Of a DNA stretch of 64,000 bases, positions 44,680-57,715 are shown piece after piece. The first letter of the stretch is position 1. Every line of letters starts with the position of its first letter. The position numbers were made by a program, and so were the translations under genes. Origin of the DNA: Eledone cirrhosa (taxonomy: Eukaryota). The notes below the pieces were generated by a model. It was not told the origin of the DNA. It was given only the letters and a program-made list of their open reading frames with translations, and did not search any database. The stretch lies in the NCBI GenBank assembly GCA_964016885.1, contig OZ024743.1:75082001-75146000 (forward strand), written 5' to 3'.

Positions 44680-45873
44680 AAACCTCTAGGATTAAACTCC
44701 AACAAAGCCTATATAGATGAACCGCTTGTGACTTTAAGACCCGGCTCTACCAACACAGACATATATTTAGAAACCCGGCCCGGTGACATGCCACTACACT
44801 TTCGGGCCACATCTGGGACCTCCAAGATAATAACATCACATACCATCTTACTTGGAGCTTACTTTCTAGGGCTAACAGGGGAGGACGCTGTCCCTGTAAC
44901 TTATGCTCGGAGGAAACAATACAAATGCTGTTTACGAATGACCAACTCCTAAACAAAAAAGACGAACTTGTAACCGCATGTAAACACCGATTGCGTAGGA
45001 CTTACCTCGCCCTCAAACCCCCTCAGGACCCGGGTGGGTAGACAATGACTGTAACATCCTTCTTTTCCCGACTTGCCGAACAAGATAGGAGAAACCCCAG
45101 CATAGATAGGTAGATGTACTTCTTTTCTTTTTTCCCTTTATCTCTTCTTCTCACTTCCTTCCACTCCCTCTCCTCTTCCTTTTCCTTTTTCCTCTTTCGC
45201 TTACCCTGAGGCAGCAAATTGGGCTTGTGTTGCCTCAATACCCCCACCCCAGAAAATTATATATAGCATTGGCCGAAAATGCAATACCAGCTAAATATAT
45301 AGCAGCTGTGTTAGACTCTAGTTTTCTTATTATTTTTTTCTTATTTAATTTTTTAATATTATTATTATTTTTATTTATTATTTTTTAATATTTTAATCTC
45401 AATTTATTAACTTGTTAATTTTATAACTTCCCACTCTCAGATCCCTCCAGAATTCTTTTTTCGCCTGCGTTCTAGCTAGCCTAATTTCTCCCACGCTCCT
45501 TAGAATTTGCTGTATAGAATTCACTTTCAACGCTTGACCGGCTGCACCCACTCCCTCATTGTTCTACAGGCAAGTTGAGCCACCCCTACCACCCACCCAC
45601 CGCCATGAAAGATTTGATTTTGTTTACAAGAAATTTTGACCAATCCTTTTGACAACTACAATCTTCCCATATAAGGAGATACTCCTTGAAAAGTTCGGCT
45701 ATTTATTACCACGCTAAAGATTCTAATTTAGTCCAGAAATAGCCGTCGAAACGGCGTGAGCTCTGCCGTCGGGGTCTTGAAAATTTTCCTATTATCCACT
45801 CTACTACCATAAGTATTGAATACTCTGGTGCGTTTTGGTCCACCTGGTTCCTTACCACACTTCGTTCGTTATA

Positions 45874-45875
<2 letters not shown>
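44680..45875 (+). mobile_element. Penelope-like element 3' end (GIY-YIG with CxxC..E motif), 3' UTR and hammerhead
   Basis: AYI(fs)TACDFKTRLYQH...TTLSGHIWDLQDNNITYHLTWSLL...CNLCSEE...LLNKKDELVTACKHR, stop near 45040. Confidence 0.8.
45681..45775 (+). ncRNA. Hammerhead, U3-A8 variant with extended stem II
   Basis: actcc-TTGAAAA-gtt-cggctattt...aaatagccg-tc-GAAAC-ggc-gtgagctct-gcc-GTC-ggggt. Confidence 0.7.
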
Positions 45876-45912
<37 letters not shown>

Positions 45913-45995
45913 ATTCAATACCCACTCTACTACCCCAAGTATCGAGTACTCTGGTGGGTTATGGTCTAGCTGGTTTTTACCACACCCTGTCTGAC

Positions 45996-46034
<39 letters not shown>

Positions 46035-46337
46035 AAGTTTGATGTGTGTACGTCCCAGCGCAAATTACCATAATGATACATACATACATACATATATATA
46101 TAATTATGTGTGTGTCTGTGTGTGTGCGCGCGCGTGAGTGTGTGTGTGCGCGCGCGCGTGAGTGTCTGTGTGTCTGTGTATATTTCCTGGGTATATATTG
46201 GGATATTTCCTCTCTGTACGCTGTCTTTCCATTCTGACCCCAGCACATTCAGAACTGGATTCAACTTTCGGCCTCTGATAAACTGATTCGCGCTATCTTC
46301 GATAAATTGTCTTATATGACCCTCCGTGCCACGATAC

Positions 46338-46473
46338 CATATCGGTGGCCTCCCCACAGCCCCGGCGGACAGAATGGAGAAGGCGTTTCCCATAGGACGG
46401 CAAAGGGGACGCGCTGGAAAAGCCATTCCAGCTCGCGCGGCTCACACCTGCGGCTGGCCAGCTCAGCGCCTAT
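46338..46473 (-). mobile_element. CRE-clade 3' fragment
   Basis: Encodes ...[17 protein letters not shown]. Confidence 0.85.
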
Positions 46474-46882
46474 GTTTAAGTTACAAATACTATTGCTGGT
46501 GGACGAACACTCGAAAATAAATATCGAATCACACCAGCAAATCTCTCCTATTTGAACCCCAAATGACTCAGTGGATATCTGTCAGATAAAACTTGATTCA
46601 CTATGTGTGTAACTAGTTTATATATAGTCCGTATGCTGTGTTTGCACTCGGTTAAGTAAGAGCTACCTTCTCAAGCGAAATAATACAGTAATCTAACCGA
46701 ATATATATATATATATATATAGTATTAGTTATACCATTTATGGTTATGTAAACACAAAACCTTAAGCAGTTGTAAGTATTTTACACACACCCTAAATAGT
46801 GGTAGGCAGTAATGTATTACTACCTTATTACCAGTAAGTTAAGTAGCTCAATGTAAAAACATCAGATGATTTACAGAGCAGT

Positions 46883-46982
46883 TATATGAAATATAAGAAT
46901 CAAAGAACTGTTCAAAACATTATTGTGCTATATATAGCACAATAATGTTTTGAACAGTTCTTTGATTCTTATATTTCATATA
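46883..46982. repeat. Perfect 100-bp palindrome
   Basis: Centred on GCTATA|TATAGC (46932/46933). Confidence 0.9.
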
Positions 46983-47517
46983 TTTCATATATTTCATATA
47001 TATATATATATATATAAGTTGGTTACAGAGCAGAATTACCTGTTGATAACGTGATATTCCTTGTTCGATCTTTATGCTGAAAGCTTATAGTTTTAAGCAG
47101 ACAGTATTATTGATTTAGGTGTCATAGAAATCCTGCATTTGGATTTTACCACCAGTTCCATTTGGGTCCAGGTTTTTATCATTTATTTTGTTTGACCTGT
47201 TTAGCTTGATTTGTTTTTTGGCTTAGGTGGTTAATGCCTTCTTAACCACTTTTTCAGTTTGTATGGCGTTTTAACATATTGTTTAGCTCTGTATTTTTAA
47301 CTATTGAGCGCTTGCCAGCATTTCTACGATTTTGCGTTTCGTTTCGCTTTTTCTACCAGCCGAAATACGATTCTCGCTGAATTATATTTGTATATATATA
47401 TATATATTTTTAAAGTTGCAACAGTAAACAGAAAACAAAAAAAACGTGGAAGCGAAGAGGCAGTACAAATATTATTATTAGTTTCACGCTTGAGAGTGGG
47501 GGTTGTGGGGGGTGGGG

Positions 47518-47550
47518 GACGCCGTTTCGGGCATAAGCCCTTCATCAGGA
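47518..47550 (-). ncRNA. Hammerhead core with disrupted stem I
   Basis: Minus strand CTGATGA-a-gggc-ttat-gccc-GAAAC-ggc-GTC, followed by a C-rich run that cannot form stem I. Confidence 0.5.
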
Positions 47551-48479
47551 GAAAAGTGGGCAGGAAGAGATTTCCGAGGGTGTGTTGGGAAGTGGTGGAA
47601 AGACATTTTAAAAAACTTAGTTTAAAAGGGGGGGGAAACGGGAGGAAAAGGAATTGTTTTGGAGAGTAAAAAAAATTAAAAATAAAAGAAACAAGTGGTG
47701 AAAGGGTGTGAGGCGTGTAGGGGGGCTGAAGGTGGTGTGTGTATGTGTGTAGGTGTACGTGTGTGTGTGTGTGGATGTGAATGTGAGAGTTGGGGGAAAA
47801 ACGAGGTTCCATGTTCGGGTAATAGAGAAACCGGTGTATACATGGGGTGGGGTGTGAGTCGGTGTGTGTGTGTGCGTGTGGATGGAGAGGGGTCAGAGGG
47901 GGTGGGAGAGAGGGGGCGTCTAGAGTCCGGAGGCTGAGTGTGTGTATGTGGGGATATGCACGTGTGTGTGTGTGTTTATATGTGGTGTGGGTGTATGGTG
48001 GCGTGGTGCAAAAATAGTGTAAGTGATTGTGTGTGTGTGTGTTCCTGGGGGTTTTCCACGGTGTTAGTAATATTAGTGGTGGTGTGGTCAAATGTGGATG
48101 TATAGTGGGGGTTAGTGGTGGTAGTAGGGTGTGTGAATAGTGTGAGTGCGTGTATACATGTGAAGGTGGGTGTGTGCGTGTTGAGGGTGTGGGTGCGCGG
48201 GTGGTAGGAGGAGTTAGTATTATTAGTTGTGGGGTCGGCTAGGTGGGTGAGGGTGTTAGTGTTATAGTTGTGGGTGGGCCAAGGGATGGGGGGCTGGGAG
48301 TGGAGGTGGCGGTGGAACTGGAGAGTGCGTTAGTGGGGGAATTGTGGGGAGAGGGGGAACGTCGAATGCTAAATGAAGAGGAGTGGGGAGTTCAGGCCGG
48401 GGTGTGTGGGTGAAGATGGTATGTTGCTCGACCGTGAGGCAAGTGGCGCGGGTCCCATGGCATTGAATCAGGCCGCATA

Positions 48480-48690
48480 TATATATGAACGTACATATAT
48501 ATATATAGAATCATTAGAACATCTAACTGATAAAATGACAAGTCTGTCAATCATATTGGTGGCCTCCCCACAGCCCCGGCGGACAGAATAGAGAAGGCGT
48601 TTCCCCGGAGGACGGCAAGGGTGACGCACTGGAAAAGCCATTCCAACTCGCGAGGCTCACACCTGCGGCTGGCCAGGTCAGTGCCTATGG
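48480..48690 (-). mobile_element. CRE-clade 3' fragment with 3' UTR
   Basis: Reverse complement of ~60380-60580, including GATGTTCTAATGATTC(TA)n. Confidence 0.85.
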
Positions 48691-49107
48691 CGATGGGTAG
48701 ATATCAGGTTGAATCCTCACTTCAGAAGATAAAATAGAAGTCATTAGCCGAATGAAGGCGGTGATGGCTGGATTAACGTTTGTAGAACTCTGGATTTGCT
48801 TCTGCTGACATTAACCGCAATAAATACAAGGCAGGTGAATTATTCTCTAGTAGAGTAAATGGAGAAGTTACTACCTGAATCAGTTGTTAGCTGTTGGGAC
48901 ACTGCATCCTTCAAAACCTCCATGCTTCCCGAAATTCGCCAACACTACACCTGATATTCCATACATGCACACATGTGTCTGTGTGTACATCATGACTCAT
49001 ACACAGTTCCCTTTCCTGACATTTGTACATTATTCTATGTACTATACATGCACCATTGATGAGTTTTAGTGCACCTGAACATTGTACACAATCATTTTCA
49101 TTATTAT

Positions 49108-49510
49108 CTGGATTGGCAGTATCGGTAGAGGGTCGGACGCCATGCTTTGCAGCAAAGAGTTACGGTCCTTGCCATTCTGAGTTCAAATCCCGCCGAGGTT
49201 AACTTTGCCTTTCATCCCTACGGGGTCGATAAAATAAAGTACCAGTAATGCACTGGGGTCATTGCTGGCCTTGTGCCAAAAGTAGACACAATTATTATCA
49301 TTATACTGTGGGTGGACAACGGGCGGTGGATTGGCAGTATCAGTAGAGAGTCGGACGCCATGCTTTCCAGCATAGTTACGTCCCTTTACGGTCTGTGTTC
49401 AAATCCCGTCGAGGTTAACTTTGCCTTTCATCCTTACGGGGTCGATAAAATAAAGTACCAGTAATGTACTGGGTAATTGCTGGCCTTGTGCCAAAAGTAG
49501 AAACAATTAT
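49108..49510 (+). mobile_element. Two tandem SINE family B copies
   Basis: Second copy flanked by TSD ATTATACTGTGGGTGGACAAC. Confidence 0.85.
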
Positions 49511-50059
49511 ACTGTGGGTGGACAACATGAACAACAAAAAGTATTCCTTTGAATGACGGAATCATTTGTGAAACAGCAAAGTTTATTTTTGATGATCTGA
49601 ATAAGAAAAAACGGTAGAGATGAAATATTTACAAGTGGTTAGGGTTGGCTTACAGGCTCTAAGTGTTGAACTAAGTGTCGCAGTGCTAACTTAACAAGGT
49701 GACAAATACAGATACCGAAGCAGCTAATGCATTCCCTGCAAATTCTAAACCATTAGACAGAGTGTTGAGTTTCCCTATGATCTTAATTTCAATGTAAATA
49801 TAACGAGATTATATGAAAATGCCTTCAAGGAAATATATTTCAATAGAAAAAAGTCTGCATTTGGGATTTAAAGTTGCCAAACATTGATAGATTAACTCAG
49901 CTATTTGGTAGTAATACTTATTTCAGGAACTCGGAAATTACAGCCATTGATAGTCAAACACTCAGAGATATTTTGTGCAATGAAATACTTAAATAAATTG
50001 CAATAGCCTGTCTTTTGGAAATCAAACATTATGTTTTATTTCCCCAAAAAATTATTCTT

Positions 50060-50381
50060 CAATTGGTAAAGACCCTCCTTCGGCCACGAAAGACCATGGG
50101 ATTTGCACCTAGAAAGTTCCCCTCCGAGGCACAAGTCCAGGCAAGGTTGTTTGTGGAAGACCAGCAGTCGCCCATGCATACCAGTCTCCTCCTCTCCACG
50201 CCACTGATGTTATCCAAGGGACAGGAAATGGCTGGCACAGCTGACGTCACAACTCATTTCTACAGCTGAGTAAACGGGAAATAAAGTGTCAAGAACACAA
50301 CGCAAAGCCAGGTCTGAGAATCGAACTAACAACCTCACGATTGTAAGCCTGACCCTCTAACCACTACACCATGCGCCTTCA
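50060..50381 (-). mobile_element. SINE family A, tail type 3
   Basis: GTGAAGGCGCATGG head on the minus strand, CTCAGCTGTAGAAATGAG body, distinct tail. Confidence 0.7.
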
Positions 50382-50522
50382 CAACATATTCTTTTACAAC
50401 TTCTGTTTATAACTTCTGCATTGATACCACCCAACGCTAGTTTTAGACAACACTCCTAACCAACCTTCAAATCTTGATGAAGTTCAAACGAAAAATTGAA
50501 ATAAACGTGGTTTATATGACTC

Positions 50523-50905
50523 TTTCTTCTTCTTCTTCTTCTTCTTCTTCTTCTTCTTCTTCTTCTTCTTCTTCTTCTTCTTCTTCTTCTTCTTCGCCCA
50601 CTTATTCTAGAGAAGTTCATTGGGACAGAGTCCTCAAACACTCCTTCCAGCAGGTCCTGTCAGAAGCAACCATCTCCAACTGATCCGGCTAGTTCCCCAA
50701 GCGTAAACAGTCAGGCACATAGGTGTTATCCAGCCATCTTGCTCATGATCTACCCCTGGGTCTCCTACCGGTTGATTTTTCCCGTAAAATCTCTCCAGCG
50801 ATTCTTTCCTTAGACATTCTAACCACATGCCCGAAATATTGGAGCTGTGATCTCTCAATTCAGAGAAGTAGAACCTCTACCTGGAGCGACTCTCTAATCT
50901 CTAAT
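50523..50905 (-). mobile_element. RTE-like LINE 3' end with (GAA)n tail
   Basis: Homologous to 15309-15800. Confidence 0.75.
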
Positions 50906-50945
50906 TTCTATCGAGTAGTGTGGCTTCGTCGTATCAGTTGATGCA

Positions 50946-51772
50946 ATGGGTGAGTCTACTCCTTTCCATGTAGCATTTAAACTTTGGTGGGGGTCTGGGT
51001 GGAGACTCTATGATGAGTGTACACCTTGCCATGTGGCATTTAAACTTTGGTGGGAGAGGTCTGGGTGCAGACTCTATGGTGAGTCTACATCTTTCGATGT
51101 GGCATTTAAACTTTCGTGGGGGAGGTCTGGGTGGAGACTCTATGATGAGTCTACTCCTTTCCATGTGGCATTTAAACTTTGGTGGGGGAGGTCTGGGTGG
51201 AGACTCTATGATGAGTCTACTCCTTGCCATGTGGCATTTAAACTTTGGTGGGGGTCTGGGTGGAGACTCTATGGTGAGTCTACTCCTTGCCATGTGGCAT
51301 TTAAACTTTGGTGGGGGAGGTCTGGGTGGAGACTCTATGGTGAGTCTACTCCTTGCCATGTGGCATTTAAACTTTGGTGGGGGAGGTCTGGGTGGAGACT
51401 CTATGATGAGTCTACTCCTTGCCATGTGACATTTAAACTTTGGTGGGGGAGGTCTGGGTGGAGACTATATGATGAGTCTACTCCTTGCCATGTGGCATTT
51501 AAACTTTGGTGGGGGAGGTCTGGGTGGAGACTCTATGATGAGTCTACTCCTTTCCATGTGGCATTTAAACTTTGGTGGGGGTCTGGGTGGAGACTCTATG
51601 GTGAGTCTACTCCTTGCCATGTGGCATTTAAACTTTGGTGGGGGAGGTCTGGATGGAGACTCTATGGTGAGTCTACTCCTTGCCATGTGGCATTTAAACT
51701 TTGGTGGGGGAGGTCTGGGTGGAGACTCTATGGTGAGTCTACTCCTTGCCATGTGGCATTTAAACTTTGGTG
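50946..51772. repeat. 66/63-bp tandem array (~12 copies)
   Basis: Unit GAGTCTACTCCTTGCCATGTGGCATTTAAACTTTGGTGGGGGAGGTCTGGGTGGAGACTCTATG(A/G)T. Confidence 0.95.
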
Positions 51773-51811
51773 GCGTGGAGACAGTGTAAGCTGTAAAGAT
51801 GACTGAGACAG

Positions 51812-52358
51812 TACACTACTATGACAATACCACAAGGTACCACTAGTACTGTAACATATACTACTATAACAATACCACCAGGTACCACTAGTACTGTAAC
51901 ATACACTACTATGACAATACCACCAGGTACCACTAGTACTGTAACATATACTACTATAACAATACCACCAAGTACCACTAGTACTATAACATATACTACT
52001 ATAACAATACCACCAGGTACCACTAGTATTGTAACATATACTACTATAACAATACCACCAGGTACCACTAGTACTGTAACATATACTACTGTAACAATAC
52101 CACCCAAGTACCACTAGTACTGTAACATACACTACTATAACAATACCACCAAGTACCACTAGTACTGTAACAATACCACCCAAGTACCACTAGTACTGTA
52201 ATATACACTACTATAACAATACCACCAGGTACCACTAGTACTGTAACAATACCACCAGGTGCCACTAGTACTATGACAATAACACCCAGGTACCACTAGT
52301 ACTATAACAATACCACCCAGGTACCACTAGTACTATAACATACACTACTATAACAATA
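51812..52358. repeat. 45-bp tandem array with shortened distal units
   Basis: Unit CACCAGGTACCACTAGTACTGTAACATATACTACTATAACAATAC. Confidence 0.95.
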
Positions 52359-53539
52359 CTTTCACTCAATATCCCACCAAACAATGTTTCCCAATAAAGT
52401 TTTTCAGTCATTTTACGTATTGTGTTTGTTTTCGTTTATTTGTTTTGTTTTGTCTTCTTTTTTTCACAGATCAATCAGAACCATAAGATAAATATGTTCG
52501 ATCTGTGAACTTTGTTCTGTATTGAAATTGTATTGAGAGTTATTAAACAATTACACAGCACTTGTTAGATAACACTCAATACGAGTTCAATACACGACAA
52601 ACGTTCAGAAATAGATTTTCTTGAACTACATTATGTAATCTGTCCATTCGATCTGTCCATTCGATCTGTCCATTTATTTTGTAATGGTGAGGTATGATTT
52701 TAAAGGAGATTTGCTTGCTGTTGCTGGTTTGTGGGCCCTGGACCGCCCTCCTCAACCCTGCCGTAGATTACTTGTTAGATCGTGTCCTTGTGCGTGTCTG
52801 TGTGTTTCAGTCTCTCTATATATATTTGTTGTATATGAGTATATAAACTTGTTATTTATAGTATTTCATGTGACAAATATTTGAAAGTATAAGCTATATA
52901 TTTAATGAGTGTATTTAAGTAAATTTGATATAAAAGGTTCCAGCTGATAGAAGTACTTAACGCTGGATCTCAGCCTAATATTGGTGATGAGAGAAAGAGA
53001 AAAATAGAGGAATTTGGGAGAAATAAAAATGAAGTAATTGTTACAGCAATATAAGAAGACAATGGAACTTCGATCTTTTCAACTTTACCAATTTATTGAA
53101 AAGGTTAAAGAACAACATGATTTCTACGTTTTACACTTTGCAATCATGTAAATATTTAAAGACAATCAATGTAAATATCGTAGAATGTGGTCATAGAGTG
53201 TGGTCGTAGAATGTGGTCGTAGAATGTGGTCGTAGAGTGTGGGCGTTGGTCATTTTAAAATATTTACTTGAAAGAGGTGTAATTAACGTTGTTGGTTTCT
53301 CCAGATTCCATTAACCATTGACACGCTGTCTCAGAGAAATTACAGTTACGTGTTTCCTCTTGTAGTTATATACAGTAAATACGAAGCCTCTTCATACTTT
53401 CTTCCACACAAAAAAGCTTGAAAAGCAAGTCTTATAATTTAGCCAAGAAAATTACTATAATAACATCAATTAAGCAAAAATAGTTGAGAGAATTCCTAGA
53501 AAGAAAAGAAAATATTCTTCAACTTTCTCTAGTGGTAAC

Positions 53540-53670
53540 CTGGTGCGTTCGACTACCAGCTTAGGTTCTGCTGCCCACCAAGCCAAAGAAGACAAACTGT
53601 CCATGTATTGGCCGTTCTCTGATAGGTTTGTAGTAGAGCATGTAGCAGTGGTGATTTCCGATATTCTTCG
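53540..53670 (+). mobile_element. Diverged CRE-clade fragment
   Basis: SAAHQAKEDKLSMYWPFSDRFVVEHVAV aligns to the AE..KL.KYRSLSDRFAVEP.AVETSG motif. Confidence 0.6.
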
Positions 53671-54224
53671 TCATTTTCTCAGGGCCCACAAAGTTTAAAA
53701 TGCCATATGGCAAGGAGTAAGCTCGTCCATCTAATGAACAGATACGACGAAACCACGCTAGCAAGATCGGTACAGACCTACTTCAGTAAGCTGCTATCAA
53801 CTAGAGGCTACGGGCAACACTTTGTGGAACTTCGGTGTGAGAGGATGTGAGGAAAACACGGACACATACACCACACACCAACAATATATAGTGTTAGCAA
53901 CAATCACAACAGAAGCAACAGCTTACAGACCAATGACACCGACGGAAGAAATAATATTATCAGAGAACAACATTAATAACAAACAAATCAGTGACAATAA
54001 GAGAGGGAGGGGGAGAGAAGGAGAAAAAACGAGAGAGAATGAGCGAGGGAGATAAAATGTAACATTAGATTTTAATTGTTCTATATTTCAAACAATAGTT
54101 CATGTATTGAAGTTCCCTTGAATATAACCTTTAACTCTACAAAATACTTCAGTAATGCTGGTATTGTCACTTCCTCCGTCTCTCTTGCTCTCCCCATCTT
54201 TCACTATTATAAACAAATAGGATC

Positions 54225-54482
54225 CCACGTCCTGGCCGCCCTGCGACCCCGGCGGGCGAAATAGAGAAGGCGTTTCCCCCGTGGATGTGGGGGAGACGCA
54301 TTGAAAGTGCCATTCCAGCTCACGAGGCTCACACCTGTGGGTAGCCAACTCCGTACCGATGGTGGTGAGTAGGGAGGTGGTCCTGGGGCCAAGGACACCG
54401 GAAGTCTCCACTGCTATGGGCTCGACCGCAAACCTGTCAGAGAGCGACCGATATTTGGAGAGTTTACCCTCCTCGGCCCGAA
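54225..54482 (-). mobile_element. CRE-clade 3' fragment
   Basis: RAEEGKLSKYRSLSDRFAVEPIAVETSGVLGP...CEPRELEW. Confidence 0.85.
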
Positions 54483-54602
54483 GAGAAGGCGTGATGAGAA
54501 AGGAGAGAGACGAGATAAGAAAAGAGATTGTATATATATTGACCTGCCATAGCACGGGAAGTAAAACGAAAATTGTTTAAGAACTGTATCGAATGATCAA
54601 AC

Positions 54603-54789
54603 TGTTTCTACTTTTGGCACAAGGCCAGCAATTACCCAATGCATTACTGGTACTTTATTTTATCGACCCCGTAAGGATGAAAGGCAAAGTTAACCTCGGC
54701 GGGATTTGAATTCAGAATGGAAAGGGCCGTAACTCTATGCGTCAAAGCATGGCGCCCGACTCTCTACCGATACTGCCAATCCACCGCCC
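54603..54789 (-). mobile_element. SINE family B
   Basis: Full-length match. Confidence 0.85.
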
Positions 54790-55195
54790 CATTGGAAATA
54801 ACGAGGTGTGGAAACATTGATACAGTCTCATTCACTAAACAACTCTGAACATTGAACCCTCTGTCTCAGGTGGTCCCCTGTTAGAAACAATACACAACAG
54901 TAGACAACACTCTTGATACACATGAGGGGTCACATAATGTACGAGTTAAGCTACACATGCGTGATTAGATAGGTCGGCTCTACGAAACATCAAATATATC
55001 ACAGAGATCTGGAATATTACTACAAAGCAACACTTCCGAACGCTGTGTTCCAACACAAAAACGTTTTAAACAAGTTTTATCCCGTATATGTAGCCAATCT
55101 CTCGGACTTTTACGAAGATTTGAGGGGACAAAGGTAATATAAAAAGTGGTCAGCTCATGCACGGAGATACTGTAAAATGTTTATTATTACAATAA

Positions 55196-55791
55196 AAGAG
55201 TTACGGCCCTTTATGGTCTGAGTTCAAATCCCGCCAAGGTTGACTTTGCCTTTCATCCTTACGGGGTCAATAAAATAAAGTACAATACACTGGGATAATT
55301 GCTGGCCTTGTGCCAAAAATAGAAACAATTATTACAATCAAAAGAGTTACGGCCCCTTTTTAGTCAAGGTTCAAATCCCGCCGAGGTTAACTTTGCCTTT
55401 CATCCTTACGAGGTCGATAAAATAAAGTACCAGTAATACACTGGGATAATTGCTGGCCTTGTGCCAAAAAGTAGAAACAATTATTACAATCAAAATTCGT
55501 TTGTATTTTCATCTTTCTACAGGCTCATGTGTAATTTACAGCAAATCATTATATCATACAATTGTATAAATAACATTACAAATCATTATATCATACAATT
55601 GTGGGCGGTGGATTGGCAGTATCGGTAGAGGATCGGACGCCATGCTTTCCAGCATAGTTACGTCCCTTTACGATCTGAGTTCAAATCCGGCCGAGGTTGA
55701 CTTTGCCTTTCATCCTTACGGGGTCGATAAAATAAAGTACCAGTAATGCACTGGGTAATTGCTGGCCTTGTGCCTAAAGTAGAAACAATTA
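55196..55791 (+). mobile_element. Three SINE family B copies
   Basis: 55196-55332 and 55342-55484 (5'-truncated); 55603-55791 (full length, inside the 37-bp array). Confidence 0.85.
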
Positions 55792-56303
55792 TATCATACA
55801 ATTGTATAAATAATATTACAAATTATTATATCATACAATTGTATAAATAACATTACAAACATTATATCATACAATTGTATAAATAACATTACAAATTATT
55901 ATATCATACAATTGTATAAATAATATTACAAATTATTATATCATACAATTGTATAAATAATATTACAAATTATTATATCATACAATTGTATAAATAACAT
56001 TACAAATCATTATATCATACAATTGTATAAATAATATTACAAATTATTATATCATACAATTGTATAAATAATATTACAAATCATTATATCATACAATTGT
56101 ATAAATAACATTACAAATCATTATATCATACAATTGTATAATTAATATTACAAATCATTATATTATACAATTGTATAAATAATATTACAAACATTATATC
56201 ATACAATTGTATAAATAATATTACAAACATTATATCATACAATTGTATAAATAACATTACAAATCATTATATCATACAATTGTATAAATAACATTACAAA
56301 TTA
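55542..56303. repeat. 37-bp tandem array
   Basis: Unit CAAATCATTATATCATACAATTGTATAAATAACATTA with palindromic ATACAATTGTAT. Confidence 0.95.
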
Positions 56304-57528
56304 TTAATAATTCTTACAAAATAGACACAATACTTAACAAATATATAAGATTAAACAAAATGACCATCAATTCACCACCAAATGCGACAATCGGCCGAAG
56401 AACATAAAATAACTTATAAACTAGGCTGATGACCCTTAAATATGGGAAATAAAGTTGCCATTGACAGCTACGAATAGCAGTCGATAGCAACTTCATTTTC
56501 CATCTTTAGGAGTGTTAACCCTATTTTATAAGTCATTTTATAGCATCTCCGCGCATGAGCACATCATCCTTTGTATTAAGTCTAATCTCACTTTACATTA
56601 TTATATTCTTCTTTATTTCTACTTTCTTTCACATTATCTCCTTTTCCTGCTTACCTAACATTGCCTTCAACTTACACAACCACAATCTAATACTTATACA
56701 CAGTATATGTGTGTGGGTCTGTCTGTCTCTATGTGTGTAGCTTTGTGTGTCTGAGTGTTTGCGTATGTGTGACTGTGTATGTGTGTGTCTGTGTATGTGT
56801 ATACTTCTTAAGAAAATTACAAGTATATATATGTGTGTGTGTGTGTGTGCTTGTGTCTTTGTCTATGTGTGTCTATGTGTATCTGTGTCTGTCTGTGTGT
56901 CTCTCTGTCTCTGTCTGTGTCAGTGTGTGTGTGTGTGTAGATATTTTACGTGTATGCGTTGTTTCCTTCGAAGATGGTGAAGAGGAATTGAGGCTAAGTT
57001 AGAAAATCTGAAATTGATAGCATGTAGAGTGTCTCTATCGATATCACCAATCATTTTAAATTAAACACTTAAGAGATATTCCGTTATTTAACAGTAATAA
57101 ATATGGAGAAATTTAATTAAGCCCCATGTTGAATGAGAAGTAGCAATAAAAGTTATACTAAATGTAATCTTTCAAACACGTGTACAAGACGTAGATAGAA
57201 GATAGTTGTTCGAAAGAGAGAAAGAGAGATGGAAATCAAACAGAGATGTGAGGAAATCAAAGACAGGTTTATTTATTACTAAATTTCTGAACAATTTTAT
57301 AATACCTACTCCCCCTCATCTTGCCACCTCCATCTATTGTAATAAAGACCAACAAAATACAATACCATTTGCAGAAGATGTCCAAGTGTAAATATATCTA
57401 CGTTTGAGCTGTTTCGTATTAATTTCAATTCTTTTAACAATATAAACTTCATTCAATATTTCTTTTTGTTGAAAAAGCAATAATTACGATAAATTCGAAA
57501 CTGAAATTTTTGAATATTTTCCATAATA

Positions 57529-57715
57529 TAATTGTTTCTACTTTTGGCACAAGGCCAGCAATTATCTCAGTGCATTACTGGTACTTTATTTTATCGACCC
57601 TGTAAGGATGAAAGGCAAAGTTAACCTCGGCGGGATTTGAACTCAGACCATAAAGGGTTGTAACTCTTTGCTGCATAGCATGGCGTGCGACCCTCTACCG
57701 ATACTGCCAATCCAC
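57529..57715 (-). mobile_element. SINE family B with TSD
   Basis: Flanked by TTCCATAATATAAT on both sides. Confidence 0.85.

Noticed and set aside
50934-52183. Repeat-protein ORFs (MARSRLTIESPPRPPPPKFKCH; TTSTVTYTTITIPPG)
   Set aside because: Open on both strands because unit lengths are multiples of 3; no independent coding evidence
50946-52358. CRISPR-like appearance of the regular arrays (also 27793-28510 and 55542-56303)
   Set aside because: No unique spacers, no cas genes, eukaryotic context
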